DNA from: Phycisphaera mikurensis NBRC 102666
GTDB taxonomy: Bacteria > Planctomycetota > Phycisphaerae > Phycisphaerales > Phycisphaeraceae
DNA: 32,000 nucleotides
Direction: 5' to 3'
Assembly (NCBI RefSeq): GCF_000284115.1
Contig: NC_017080.1
Coordinates: forward strand, 480,001 to 512,000
Every line of letters begins with the position of its first letter. Within the stretch, counting starts at the first letter, position 1. Of the stretch, positions 1 to 9,001 are shown piece by piece. Both the position numbers and the translations under genes were made by a program. The notes beneath the pieces were generated by a model, which was not told the origin of the DNA, did not search any database, and was given only the letters and a program-made list of their open reading frames with translations.

Positions 1-806
1 TCTACTACCCGCTCAGCGTGCTGATGCTCGCGGGCGTGCGGGAGGTCATGGTGATCTCCACGCCCACGCACCTCCCGCTCTTCGGGCAGGTCCTCGGCGA
101 CGGCTCCGCGTGGGGCATGCGCTTCCACTTCGTGGAGCAGGCCGAGCCGCGCGGCCTGGCCCAGGCCTTCACGCTGGACCCCGGCTTCCACGGCACCGAG
201 CCGGCCTGCCTGATCCTCGGCGACAACCTCATCTACGGCAGCGGGCTGGCGCGGACGCTGGCGTCCGCGGCCGCCGCCGCCCGGCGGCCCGGCGGCGGGG
301 CGGCGATCTTCGGCTACCCCGTGCGCGACCCGCGGGCCTACGGCGTGGTCGAGGTCGACGGCGGCGGCCGGGCGGTCAGCCTCGAGGAGAAGCCGGCGCG
401 GCCGCGCGGGCACCTCGCGGTGCCGGGGCTCTACTTCTACGACGGCTCCGCGGGCGAGCGGGCCGCGGCGCTGGCGCCCTCTCCGCGCGGCGAGCTGGAG
501 ATCACCGACCTGAACCGCACGTACCTCGACGACGGCTTGCTGAGCGTCGAGCGGTGGGGCCGGGGCATGGCCTGGCTGGACGCGGGCACGCACGAGTCGC
601 TGCTGGAGGCGCAGAACTTCGTGCGGACGGTGGAGCAGCGGCAGGGCACGATGATCGGCTGCCCCGAGGAGATCGCGCTGCGGAGCGGCTGGATCGGCGC
701 GGACGACGTGCTCCGCGTCGCCGACGCGATGGGCGACAACCGCTACGCGTCGTACCTCCGCTGGGTGGCCGGGCCCCGGGACGGACCGGCCGAGGCGTGG
801 GCATGA
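1..806 (+). CDS. rfbA: glucose-1-phosphate thymidylyltransferase (RmlA/RfbA), 5' end truncated by the window edge
   Basis: The reading frame is open to base 3 (YYPLSVLMLAGVREVMVISTP...). It is collinear with E. coli RmlA as I recall it: LGDGS.WG, GLAQAF, LGDN, VSLEEKP, GLYFYD, RGELEITD, AWLD.GTH, CPEEIA. Stop codon at 804-806. Confidence 0.95.
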   Translation, partial: YYPLSVLMLAGVREVMVISTPTHLPLFGQVLGDGSAWGMRFHFVEQAEPRGLAQAFTLDPGFHGTEPACLILGDNLIYGSGLARTLASAAAAARRPGGGAAIFGYPVRDPRAYGVVEVDGGGRAVSLEEKPARPRGHLAVPGLYFYDGSAGERAAALAPSPRGELEITDLNRTYLDDGLLSVERWGRGMAWLDAGTHESLLEAQNFVRTVEQRQGTMIGCPEEIALRSGWIGADDVLRVADAMGDNRYASYLRWVAGPRDGPAEAWA

Positions 807-831
807 GCCGGCTCCGGGCGAGGCCGAGCCG

Positions 832-1713
832 GTGATGCCCTGGCGCCCCGGCTTCCCGAACCGGCGCAAGCCGCTGGGCTACCTGCGCCTGCTCCGGGCC
901 CGGCACCGCTTCCACGACCGGGTGCGGCCGGGCTTCCGCCCCGGCTCGCCGCGCCCGCGTCTGGTCGACGTGACCGGCGACAAGGCGCGGCTCGCGGCGC
1001 TGCGCGACCGCCACGCCGGCCGGCGCTGCTTCGTCCTCGGCAACGGCCCGAGCCTCGCGGCGATGGACCCGGCGCCGCTGCGCGACGAGGTGACGATCGG
1101 CAGCAACGGCCTCTACACCCGCTTCGCCTCGTGGGGGTTCGCCACCGATTACCTGCTCTTCGAGGACCTCGAGCAGACCGAGCTGCGCGGGCCCGACCTG
1201 CCGGGGATCCGCGGGCCCCTGAAGCTCGCGGGCCTGCACAACGCGTACGCCTTCCGGGCCGACCGCGACACGGTGTTCTTCAACGCCCGGCCCGGCGACC
1301 GCTTCTACTGGGACCACCTCGCGCCGATGTTCAGCCGGGACTTCGCGGAGATCGTCTACCTCAACTCGACCGTGACGACGATCGGGCTGCAGCTGGCCTA
1401 CCACCTCGGCTGCGACCCCGTCGTGCTCTTGGGCGTCGATCACGACTACGGCCGGCTGCCCGCGCTCTTCAAGCCCGGAAAGATCCGCGTCACGGCGGAC
1501 AACCTCGACCTGGTCCGCGGCTGCCACTTCGACCCGGGCTACTACAAGCTCGGCGACCTGATCGGCGTGCCCGACGTCGGGCTGCAGGAGCGGGGCTACC
1601 GGGAGGCCCGGCGGGTCTTCGAGCGGGACGGCCGGCGGGTGCTCAACGCGACCGCGGGCGGGAAGCTGGAGGTTTTCGAGCGTGTGAGCCTCGCGGAGGT
1701 CTGGACCCTGTGA
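832..1713 (+). CDS. DUF115 / MptE-like (MAF_flag10-type) protein, putative ulosonic/nonulosonic-acid glycosyltransferase
   Basis: The composition is protein-like within a high-GC frame. It has an 'FVLGNGPSL' nucleotide-binding-type motif followed by 'TDYLLFED' and 'LLGVDHDY', as in DUF115 and sialyltransferase-like families. Start is GTG 832 or ATG 835. The stop overlaps the next gene's start (GTGA). Confidence 0.65.
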   Translation: MMPWRPGFPNRRKPLGYLRLLRARHRFHDRVRPGFRPGSPRPRLVDVTGDKARLAALRDRHAGRRCFVLGNGPSLAAMDPAPLRDEVTIGSNGLYTRFASWGFATDYLLFEDLEQTELRGPDLPGIRGPLKLAGLHNAYAFRADRDTVFFNARPGDRFYWDHLAPMFSRDFAEIVYLNSTVTTIGLQLAYHLGCDPVVLLGVDHDYGRLPALFKPGKIRVTADNLDLVRGCHFDPGYYKLGDLIGVPDVGLQERGYREARRVFERDGRRVLNATAGGKLEVFERVSLAEVWTL

Positions 1714-2957
1714 ACGGGTCGCGCCCCCCGCGCGTGCTGCTGATCTCGCACGCGGCCGACCGCACCGGTGCGCCCCGCAGCTTGCTGGAGTTGCTCGGGT
1801 TCTTCTGCGTCCACACCGCGTGGGACCTGCGCGTGCTGCTGATCGAGACCGGTCCGCTCGCCCCGGCCTTCGCCGCGCTCGCTCCCACCGAGCTCCTTCA
1901 CCCGCCGCGGACCGCGGGCGGGAAAGCGCGCTCGGCCGCGCGGTCCGCGGCGTGGGCGGCGGGGTCGGGTCACCCGCGGCGGGCTTGGAAGCTGGCGACG
2001 GGCGGGCTCGGGGTCCCGTTGACGCCGGGGGAGCAAGCGGACCGAAGCGCGCACGCCCGGGCGGCCGCCGCGCGGGCGCGGGCGTGGGCGCCCGATCTCC
2101 TGTACGCGAACACGGCGGCCACGTGGCCGGCGGTGCGGCGGCTGCTGCCGCCGCAGGCCGCGGGCCGGCTGCTCGTTCACGTGCGCGAGCTCGCCTCCAC
2201 GCTCGACCGCCTCGGCGGCGCCGCGGAGCTGCTGGCGCGGGCCGATCGGGTGCTCGCCGTGTCGCCGCCGGTGCGGGCGCTGCTGGCCGGGGCGTGGGGC
2301 GTGCCGGCGGCGAAGCTCGGCGAGGGACCCGTGGCGCTGCACGACGAGGCCTTCGCGGCGGCCGAGCCCGACGCGGCGGCCTGGCCCGCCGGCGTCGGGC
2401 CACGCGTGCTGATGCTCGGCTCGGCCACCCGCCGCAAGGGGGCCGACCTCTTCGCCGCCGCGGCGGCGGCGCCCGGGTGGCCCGCGGGCACCCGCTTCCT
2501 CTGGGTGGGCGACGGGCCCGAGGCGGCGTCGCTCCGCCGCGCCGGCGGCCGGATCCGCTGGGAGGCCGCCCGCGCCGACCCGCGCCCGCTGCTCGCCGCG
2601 GCCGACCTGCTGCTGCTGAGCTCGCGCGACGACCCGTCGCCCCGCGTCGTGCCCGAGGCCGCCGCCCGGGGCGTGCCGGCCGCCTGCTTCGCGGCCTCGG
2701 GCGGGGCGGCCGGCTTCGTCGCGCCCCCCGGCGAGCCTCCCGCGGGCGTGGCGGTGCCGGCCGGGTTCGACCCGGCCGAGCTCGCCGCCGCCGCTGGCGG
2801 GCTACTCGGCGACCCGCCGGCGCTGGCCGCCGCCGGGGTCGCCGCGCGGTCCCGGGCGGATTCGGTCCGCCTCGGCGTCGTCGGCCCGCGGATCGTCGCC
2901 GAGGTGGAGGCGCTGCTGCCCCCGGTCCGCGGCCGCGTCGGAGGGGCGCGATCATGA
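1710..2957 (+). CDS. glycosyltransferase family 4 (GT-B, group 1)
   Basis: A GTG at 1710 overlaps the upstream stop. The N-terminus 'RVLLISHAADRTGAPRSLLEL' is typical of GT4. The C-terminal half has an EX7E-like region ('LLLSSRDDPSPRVVPEAAARGVPAAC'). The upstream part of the long track ORF (1131-) is Arg/Pro junk. Confidence 0.8.
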   Translation: MNGSRPPRVLLISHAADRTGAPRSLLELLGFFCVHTAWDLRVLLIETGPLAPAFAALAPTELLHPPRTAGGKARSAARSAAWAAGSGHPRRAWKLATGGLGVPLTPGEQADRSAHARAAAARARAWAPDLLYANTAATWPAVRRLLPPQAAGRLLVHVRELASTLDRLGGAAELLARADRVLAVSPPVRALLAGAWGVPAAKLGEGPVALHDEAFAAAEPDAAAWPAGVGPRVLMLGSATRRKGADLFAAAAAAPGWPAGTRFLWVGDGPEAASLRRAGGRIRWEAARADPRPLLAAADLLLLSSRDDPSPRVVPEAAARGVPAACFAASGGAAGFVAPPGEPPAGVAVPAGFDPAELAAAAGGLLGDPPALAAAGVAARSRADSVRLGVVGPRIVAEVEALLPPVRGRVGGARS

Positions 2958-3829
2958 GCCTGCCCACGCCCCCGCTGCGCTCGGCCTGGGATCGCCTCTC
3001 CGACCCGCCCCGCGTGTCGGTGGTGATGACCAGCTTCAACTACGGCCGGTTCGTGGAGGAAGCGATCCGCAGCGTCGCGCAGCAGACCCGCCTCCCCGAC
3101 GAGCTGCTCGTCGTCGACGACGGCTCCAGCGACGACTCGGTCGCGCGGATCCATGCCCTGCTCCCGACGCTGCCCTTCGCCACCCGCTTCGAGGCGACGC
3201 CCAACCGCGGCCAGGCCGCCGCGATCAACCTCGCCTGCTCCTGGGCGACGGGTGGCGTCGTGGCCTTCCTCGACAGCGACGACCTCTGGGCCCCGACGAA
3301 GCTCGAGCGGATGCTCTCGCTCATGGCCGGTCAGCCCGGCGCCGCCGTCTACCAGCACAACCTCGCCGACGGCCGCGGCGGCTTGAAGCGGCCGGTCGTC
3401 GTCTCCGGCGACCCGCAGCTGCACTGGGAGGCGCTCGGCTTCGTGAACCTGGCGACCCACGCGAGCCTGCACGACCTCTTCCTGCCGACCTCGGGTTTGG
3501 TCCTCGAACGCAGCGTGCTCGACCGCGTGCTCCCCGTTCCCGAGGCGCTGATCACCTGCCCCGACGCCTACCTCACCCGCTGCGCCCTGCGCTTCGGCCC
3601 GCTGGTCTCCTCGGCCGAGGTGCTGGGCACCTGGCGCGACCACGGCGGCAACGCCGGCCGCGGCGACCGCTTCGGCCGCCGGAGGTTCTGGCTCCCCGTG
3701 ATCGCTCCCGCGATCAACGCCTTCCACCGGCGGCACGGCAGCCCCGTCCGCTTCGGCGAGGACCGGCTCGCCGCTTGGGCGGGTCGGCTCGGGTTCGACG
3801 CAATCAAGGAGCGGCGACGCCGTGGCTGA
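2954..3829 (+). CDS. glycosyltransferase family 2
   Basis: ATG 2954 overlaps the upstream stop (ATGA). 'VSVVMTSFNYGRFVEEAIRSVAQQT...ELLVVDDGSSDDS...FLDSDD' is the canonical GT2 (GT-A, DXD) signature. Confidence 0.9.
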   Translation: MSLPTPPLRSAWDRLSDPPRVSVVMTSFNYGRFVEEAIRSVAQQTRLPDELLVVDDGSSDDSVARIHALLPTLPFATRFEATPNRGQAAAINLACSWATGGVVAFLDSDDLWAPTKLERMLSLMAGQPGAAVYQHNLADGRGGLKRPVVVSGDPQLHWEALGFVNLATHASLHDLFLPTSGLVLERSVLDRVLPVPEALITCPDAYLTRCALRFGPLVSSAEVLGTWRDHGGNAGRGDRFGRRRFWLPVIAPAINAFHRRHGSPVRFGEDRLAAWAGRLGFDAIKERRRRG

Positions 3830-5327
3830 GCACGCGCCGCCCCCGCCCGCAACCCCGCCGGCTTCGACGAGCCGCCGCTTCGCGAACCCGCTGCTCGAGC
3901 ACGTGCTCGGCGCCTGGACCGCCGACGGCCGGCCGAGCTGGCGGGTGCGGGCGCGGCGGGCGGCGGGGCGGTTGAAGCGGGGCGGCGGCGGCCTGACGCA
4001 GGGGCTCCGCTCCGCGGTCGTCGACCACCCCGTGGTGGCGGGACGCCGGCGCGACGCCGGGCCGCGGGTCGTCTGGTTCAGCTACCTCAACGCGGCGCGG
4101 GACCCGCACCGCGTCGCGTTCCTCGCGGGGCTGGCCGCGGCGCTGGAAGCGGCGGGTTCGACGCTCGACGTCCGCTACCAGGACTTCGGCGGCGCTCCGC
4201 CGCCGGCGGCTCTCGGCCGGGGTTGCCGGCTCCGGCCGGTGCGTCTGCTCGGGGCCGAGCTCCCGCCGGGCGGCCGGCCGCCGCGTCGGGCGGTGGCCGC
4301 GGGTCTCGCCGCCGCCGGCGGGGGGCTGCGGCTGCGGGCCGCGGCGCGGGCCTTCTCCGCCACGAAGCGCCTCCCGCGGCGGGCCGGGCTGGAGCGCGCC
4401 GCGTACGTGGCGTGGTCGGCCGGCCGCGCGCTGGGCGGACCGGCCGACGCGGCGGTCGTCTGGAACCAGTTCTCCGCCGTCTCCCGCGCGGTGGTCGCCG
4501 TTTGCGAGCGACGCGGCGTGCCGGTGCGCTACGCGCACGAGGGCGTGCTCCCGGGCTCGCTGGTGATCGAGGCCGGCGGCCAGATGGCCGACAGCCCGCT
4601 GGCGCAACAGGCCGCCGACCCGCCGCCGGTGACCGACGCGGAGCTCGCCGCGACGCGCGCGTACCTCGTCCGCGTCGCCGCCGCCCGCACCAGCCGCAAG
4701 CCGCCGGAGCAAGCCGCCGACGCGGCGGCCCTCGACGGCCTCGAGGGACCGGTCCTCTTCTACGCCGGCCAGAACGACGAGGCCGCCGGCTTCTGGCCGC
4801 GCTCCCTGCCGCGGGCGCGCCACCACAGCCCCTCCTTCGCGAGCACCGAGGACGCGCTTGCCGCGCTGCAGGAGGTCGCCCGCGTGCGGCGCTTCACCGT
4901 GCTCTTCAAGCCGCACCCGAGCCGACGCGAGCGGCACGGCGACCGCCCGCTGGGGGGTGTGCTCGACCCCGCCGTCACCCGCTACGCCCCCGGAGCGGAC
5001 GTCTTCGGCTGCATCGACCGAGCCGACGCGGTCGCGACGATCGTGAGCCAGGTCGCGTACCTCGCGCTGATCCGGGCGACGCCGGTGCTGCTGCTCGGCC
5101 GGATGCCGCTCACCGGCTGGGGCTGCTGCACCGAGCTCGCCGCACGCGACCGCCTGCCCGCCGCCGTCGGCGCCGCGCTCGCCGGCGGCCCGGCCGGTGC
5201 CGATGCCGCCTTCCTCCGCCACTGCACCGTCGCCCGCACGCGGCACCTGCTGCCTTACGACCCCGCCGTCGCCGGGCACTTCCCCCGCACCCTCGCCGAG
5301 GCCGCGGCCGATCTCGCTTCCGCCTGA
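3822..5327 (+). CDS. capsule polysaccharide biosynthesis protein, KpsS/KpsC-like (Capsule_synth family; putative beta-Kdo transferase)
   Basis: GTG 3822 overlaps the upstream stop by 8 nt. The C-terminal half follows the KpsS/KpsC pattern: 'VLFYAGQNDEA', 'HSPSF', 'LFKPHPS', 'AVATIVSQVAYLALIRATPVLLLG'. The N-terminal ~200 aa are low-complexity and the start is uncertain. Confidence 0.6.
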   Translation: MAEHAPPPPATPPASTSRRFANPLLEHVLGAWTADGRPSWRVRARRAAGRLKRGGGGLTQGLRSAVVDHPVVAGRRRDAGPRVVWFSYLNAARDPHRVAFLAGLAAALEAAGSTLDVRYQDFGGAPPPAALGRGCRLRPVRLLGAELPPGGRPPRRAVAAGLAAAGGGLRLRAAARAFSATKRLPRRAGLERAAYVAWSAGRALGGPADAAVVWNQFSAVSRAVVAVCERRGVPVRYAHEGVLPGSLVIEAGGQMADSPLAQQAADPPPVTDAELAATRAYLVRVAAARTSRKPPEQAADAAALDGLEGPVLFYAGQNDEAAGFWPRSLPRARHHSPSFASTEDALAALQEVARVRRFTVLFKPHPSRRERHGDRPLGGVLDPAVTRYAPGADVFGCIDRADAVATIVSQVAYLALIRATPVLLLGRMPLTGWGCCTELAARDRLPAAVGAALAGGPAGADAAFLRHCTVARTRHLLPYDPAVAGHFPRTLAEAAADLASA

Positions 5328-5395
5328 AGCCGCGGACCGCGGTGCTTCCAGGGCGAAACGCCCCGCGGTCCGCGGCGTCCTGCGATCCTCTCGCC

Positions 5396-6232
5396 ATGCC
5401 GCCCGCCGCCCCCCGCGTCCTCGCCGTTCTGCCCGCCCGCTTCGCCTCCACGCGGTTCCCCGGGAAGCCGCTGGCGGACGACACCGGGAAGCCGCTGATC
5501 CGGCACGTCGTCGAGCGGGTGGCGGAGGCGCGGAGCGTGCACCGCGTGGTCGTCGCCACCGACGACGAACGCATCCGCGAGGCGGTCGGGGCCTTCGGCG
5601 CCGAGGCCGTCATGACCGGCGAACACGACAACGGGACCTCACGGATCGCCGAGGCCGTGGACGCCCTGGAAGCCGGCGGTGGGGAGCCCTTCGACGTCGT
5701 GCTCAACGTGCAGGGCGACGAGCCCGAGGTGCCGGCCGCCACCATCGACGCGCTCGTTATGGGGCTGATCGCCCGACCCGACGCCGACATGGCCACGCTC
5801 GCCAGCGTGTTCGAGCCCGGCGAAGACCCGGCCAACACGAACATCGTGAAGCTCGTCGCCGACCGCCGCGGGTTCGCGATGTACTTCTCCCGCAGCCTCG
5901 TGCCCTTTGACCGCGACGCCGAACGCCTCGGCCGCCGCCCCGGCATGACCGATCCGGCCCGGGGTGGCGGGAGCCACCCCGGCTGGACGCTGCCCGGGCC
6001 CGGCCCCTTCAAGCACCCCGGCCTGTACGCCTACCGCCGCGCCTTCCTCCGCACCTACGCGTCGCTCCCGCCGGCCCCGCTCGAGGAAACCGAGAAGCTC
6101 GAGCAGCTGCGCGTGCTCGAGCACGGCCACCGCATCGCCGTGGTCCTCGCCGCCGCCCCGCACCCCGGCATCGACACGCCCGAGCAGTACGACGACTTCG
6201 TGAAGCGTTGGACCGCCGCGAATCCCGCTTGA
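5396..6232 (+). CDS. kdsB: 3-deoxy-manno-octulosonate cytidylyltransferase (CMP-Kdo synthetase)
   Basis: 'VLAVLPARFASTRFPGKPLADDTGKPLIRHV...VVVATDDERI...GTSRIAEA...NVQGDEP' are classic KdsB motifs. The ATG at 5396 is in frame with the stop at 6230-6232. Confidence 0.93.
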   Translation: MPPAAPRVLAVLPARFASTRFPGKPLADDTGKPLIRHVVERVAEARSVHRVVVATDDERIREAVGAFGAEAVMTGEHDNGTSRIAEAVDALEAGGGEPFDVVLNVQGDEPEVPAATIDALVMGLIARPDADMATLASVFEPGEDPANTNIVKLVADRRGFAMYFSRSLVPFDRDAERLGRRPGMTDPARGGGSHPGWTLPGPGPFKHPGLYAYRRAFLRTYASLPPAPLEETEKLEQLRVLEHGHRIAVVLAAAPHPGIDTPEQYDDFVKRWTAANPA

Positions 6233-6266
6233 GCGTCCGCCGTTTCGCCCCGCGACACCGGCTCGG

Positions 6267-7316
6267 TCAGCGTTCCAGCGCCCGCCCCGGGTGCCCCGCC
6301 GGCAGGTCCTCGCGGACCTCGGCGGGCCAGTCTTCCGCCTGCCAGCCCCGCGTGACCCGCACCGGGCGCGTCCGCCCGGCGGCCCGCGGCGACCAGTGGG
6401 CGGGCGTCAGCTCGGCGATGCCCGCCGCGGCGGGCCCGGTGCCGCTCCCGTCGCGAGCGACCGAGAGGGCGATCATCTCCCAGGCGTGGACGTCGCGGTT
6501 CAGCGGGAAGGTGACCGTCTCCAGGAAGCGGGTCGGCCAGCGGAGGCCGCCGCGGCGGATCCAGTCGGCGAAGACCACGTCGGCGACGGCGCCCCCGGTG
6601 CCCGAGAAGCCGTCGAGTGAGAAACGCACCCGGCGGAGCAGGCCGTCGTCCCGGCCGACCGCCACCAGCACGCGGTCCTCCTCGGAGAGCCCGAAGCCCG
6701 GCCGGATCCGCACGAGCACCTGCTCGCAGGCCACGCCGCCGACCTCGGCCCGCTCCGCGGGCGCGTAGGCCGTCTCCGCGTCGGCGCGGGCGTCCCGCTC
6801 CAGGAAGAAGAAAGGCCCGGTCAGGAACATGCGGTACGCCTCGGCGACCAGCGCCGAGGACTCGGTGACCGCCCGCGCCTCGGGGTGCGGCGCCACCGGC
6901 TCGCCGTCGCGGCCGCGGTAGGCGATGCCGACCGGGACCTCGCGGCCTTGCCAGCGCACCCACTTGGTGCCGGCCTCGCCGTCGTGCCGCTGCCCCACCA
7001 CCGGGTGCGGCAGCGGCTCACCGTCGGCGTCGCGGAAGACGTACCGCTCGCGGCTGACCTGCCGGAAGCCCCGGTCCACCAGCACCGGCTGGAAGCGGTG
7101 GATCCCGCCGAGCCACTCGCCGGCGAAGCCCACCGCCACGCCGTCCACCCGCTCGTACGCGTCGAGCCCCCCGTGGGCCTCCGCCGACCGCTCCAGCACC
7201 GCCTTCGCGGCCGGGTCCGACGCCGCCGCCCCGGGGAACGCGGGCAGCGGGTTCCGGCAGCCGCAGGCTGCGACCAGCGACACGAACAGGAGGATCCGCG
7301 GGAGGAGCATCGGCAT
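6267..7316 (-). CDS. hypothetical lipoprotein
   Basis: It has an N-terminal signal peptide with a lipobox ('LLFVSLVAACGC'). The remainder has globular, protein-like composition. I recognise no family. Confidence 0.7.
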   Translation of the reverse strand: MPMLLPRILLFVSLVAACGCRNPLPAFPGAAASDPAAKAVLERSAEAHGGLDAYERVDGVAVGFAGEWLGGIHRFQPVLVDRGFRQVSRERYVFRDADGEPLPHPVVGQRHDGEAGTKWVRWQGREVPVGIAYRGRDGEPVAPHPEARAVTESSALVAEAYRMFLTGPFFFLERDARADAETAYAPAERAEVGGVACEQVLVRIRPGFGLSEEDRVLVAVGRDDGLLRRVRFSLDGFSGTGGAVADVVFADWIRRGGLRWPTRFLETVTFPLNRDVHAWEMIALSVARDGSGTGPAAAGIAELTPAHWSPRAAGRTRPVRVTRGWQAEDWPAEVREDLPAGHPGRALER

Positions 7317-7337
7317 CGCGCGAGCGTACGGGTATGC

Positions 7338-8813
7338 CTATGACGCCGGGACCACCCGGAAGACCCGGCCGGGCTTCTCGGCGGCGATCCACAGGGCGCC
7401 GTCGGGGCCGGTGGCCACGTCGCGGAGGCGGCCGATGCCGCGGAGCAGGACCTCCTGCTCCGCGACGCTGCGGCCGTCCTTGGACAGCCGGATGCGGTGC
7501 AGCTCCTGCTTCACGAGCGAGGTGACGAAGAGGTCGCCCCGCCAGCCCGGGAAGGCGTCGGCGTCGTAGAAGGCGGCGCCGCAGGGGGCGATGCTGGGCG
7601 TCCACGTGAAGACCGGCTCGGTCTCGCCGGCCTCGGCGTGCCACGGCGCGTTTCTGCCGCGGGGCGTGCCGTTGTAGTTGATGCTGTAGCTGTACCGGCT
7701 CCAGCCGTAGCTTCGGCCCGGCTCGATGAGGTTGATCTCGTCGCCGCCGCGGGGGCCGTGCTCGATGCCGTAGAGCCGGCCGGAGCCGGGCTGGAAGAGG
7801 AGCGCCTGCGGGTTGCGGTGGCCGAGCGTCCACAACCCGCGGACCGCGGCGGGATCGTCGGCGAAGGGCTGGCCGTCCGCGGGCACCGAGCCGTCCTCGT
7901 CGAGGCGCAGGACCTTGCCGAAGGCGGTGTCGGTTTCCAGCGACAGCTCGTTGCGGCCGCGCTCGCCGAGCGCGACGAAGACGTGGCCGTCGCCGTCGAA
8001 GGCGAAGCGGCTGCCGAAGTGGACGCCCTGCGGGCCGTCGTCTGCCTCGTCGGGGCGGTGGACGAGCTGCTGGTCTTCCCACCGAAGGCCGCCGCTGCCG
8101 TCGCCGGCGATCCGCCCGCGCACGAAGGCGGTGTTGCCGACCGCTCGTCCGTCCCGCTCGCCCGAGGAGGTGCTGAAGGAGAGGTAGACCCAGCCGTTGT
8201 CGCGGTACGCCGGGTCGAGCGCGACGTCGAGCAGGCCGCCCTGGCCGTGCTCCCAGACCCGGGGTGTGCCCGCGACCCGCACCGCGTCGCCGCCGCCCGC
8301 CGGCACGACGAGCAGGGCCCCCGCCCGCTCGGTCAGCAGCACGCGGCCGTCGGGCAGGAAGTCGATCGCCCACGGCCGCTCGAGGGTCGCGGCGTTCACC
8401 GGCACCTCCTCCAGCCGGAACGTCGCCCGGTCGGTCGCGTAGACGCCGGTGCCCTCCTTCACGCCGCCGGTGCCGGGCTTCGCCACCGCCGCGGGGTTCT
8501 CCGCCCGCTCCGCGTCCTCGCGCAGCTCACGCAGGTAGACCACCTGCGACCAGATCTCCGCCGGCGTGAGCGCCCCGCCGTAGGCCGGCATGCCCAGGTG
8601 CTTGAGCCCGTCGTCGATCGAGGCGTAGAGCCCGCGGTCGGTGCCGTCGGTTTCCCAGTCGTCGTCGAGCAGCGACGAGGCGCTGTTGCCGGCGCCGTCG
8701 GCCCCGTGGCAGGAGGCGCAGTTCTGCTCCCAGATCTTCGCCGCCGTGGACTGGGCCGCGGCGGGCGTGGCGGCGAGCAGGAGCGCGGACGCGGCGGCGG
8801 GGAGGCGAAGCAT
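7338..8813 (-). CDS. PQQ-dependent sugar (glucose/sorbosone) dehydrogenase with N-terminal cytochrome c domain
   Basis: It has a signal peptide and a haem-binding CxxCH ('CASCHGADG') with a distal 'GMPAY'. This is followed by a GSDH-type beta-propeller ('PWAIDFLPDGRVLLTERAG', 'GGLLDVALDP', 'LWTLGHRNPQ', 'GPRGGDEINLI'). Confidence 0.85.
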   Translation of the reverse strand: MLRLPAAASALLLAATPAAAQSTAAKIWEQNCASCHGADGAGNSASSLLDDDWETDGTDRGLYASIDDGLKHLGMPAYGGALTPAEIWSQVVYLRELREDAERAENPAAVAKPGTGGVKEGTGVYATDRATFRLEEVPVNAATLERPWAIDFLPDGRVLLTERAGALLVVPAGGGDAVRVAGTPRVWEHGQGGLLDVALDPAYRDNGWVYLSFSTSSGERDGRAVGNTAFVRGRIAGDGSGGLRWEDQQLVHRPDEADDGPQGVHFGSRFAFDGDGHVFVALGERGRNELSLETDTAFGKVLRLDEDGSVPADGQPFADDPAAVRGLWTLGHRNPQALLFQPGSGRLYGIEHGPRGGDEINLIEPGRSYGWSRYSYSINYNGTPRGRNAPWHAEAGETEPVFTWTPSIAPCGAAFYDADAFPGWRGDLFVTSLVKQELHRIRLSKDGRSVAEQEVLLRGIGRLRDVATGPDGALWIAAEKPGRVFRVVPAS

Positions 8814-8837
8814 CCCCGAGCGTAGAGCCCCCGGGCG

Positions 8838-8861
8838 GCACGCGACCGCCGCGTCGCGTGC
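8838..8861. promoter_or_regulatory. perfect inverted repeat GCACGCGAC-N6-GTCGCGTGC in a divergent intergenic region (candidate operator)
   Basis: Read directly from the sequence. It lies 25 bp upstream of the dehydrogenase start (8813) and 140 bp upstream of the DUF748 gene start (9002). Any function is inferred only. Confidence 0.3.
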
Positions 8862-9001
8862 TCGATCGAGCGACGCCGGCCGGACGCCGGAGCCGCCGCC
8901 CGGCGGCGGCCGGGAAGCGGAGGCAGTCCTCCCGCCGGGCCGGGGCGTGCCGGCGAAGGGGAGCGCGGGGCGGAGCCAAGGCTCCGTCCTAGCTTCCGCC
9001 C

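Noticed and set aside
502-3039. Long antisense or off-frame ORFs, e.g. 502-3039 (-), 10673-13156 (-), 11005-13827 (+), 25679-29749 (+), 25206-28088 (-), 4223-6232 upstream part and 1820-3829 upstream part
   Set aside because: The reason is the same. They give low-complexity R/P/G/A translations and overlap genes with clear family signatures. Only the family-matching segments of the composite ORFs were called (GT4 from 1710, GT2 from 2954, kdsB from 5396, globin-like from 10168).
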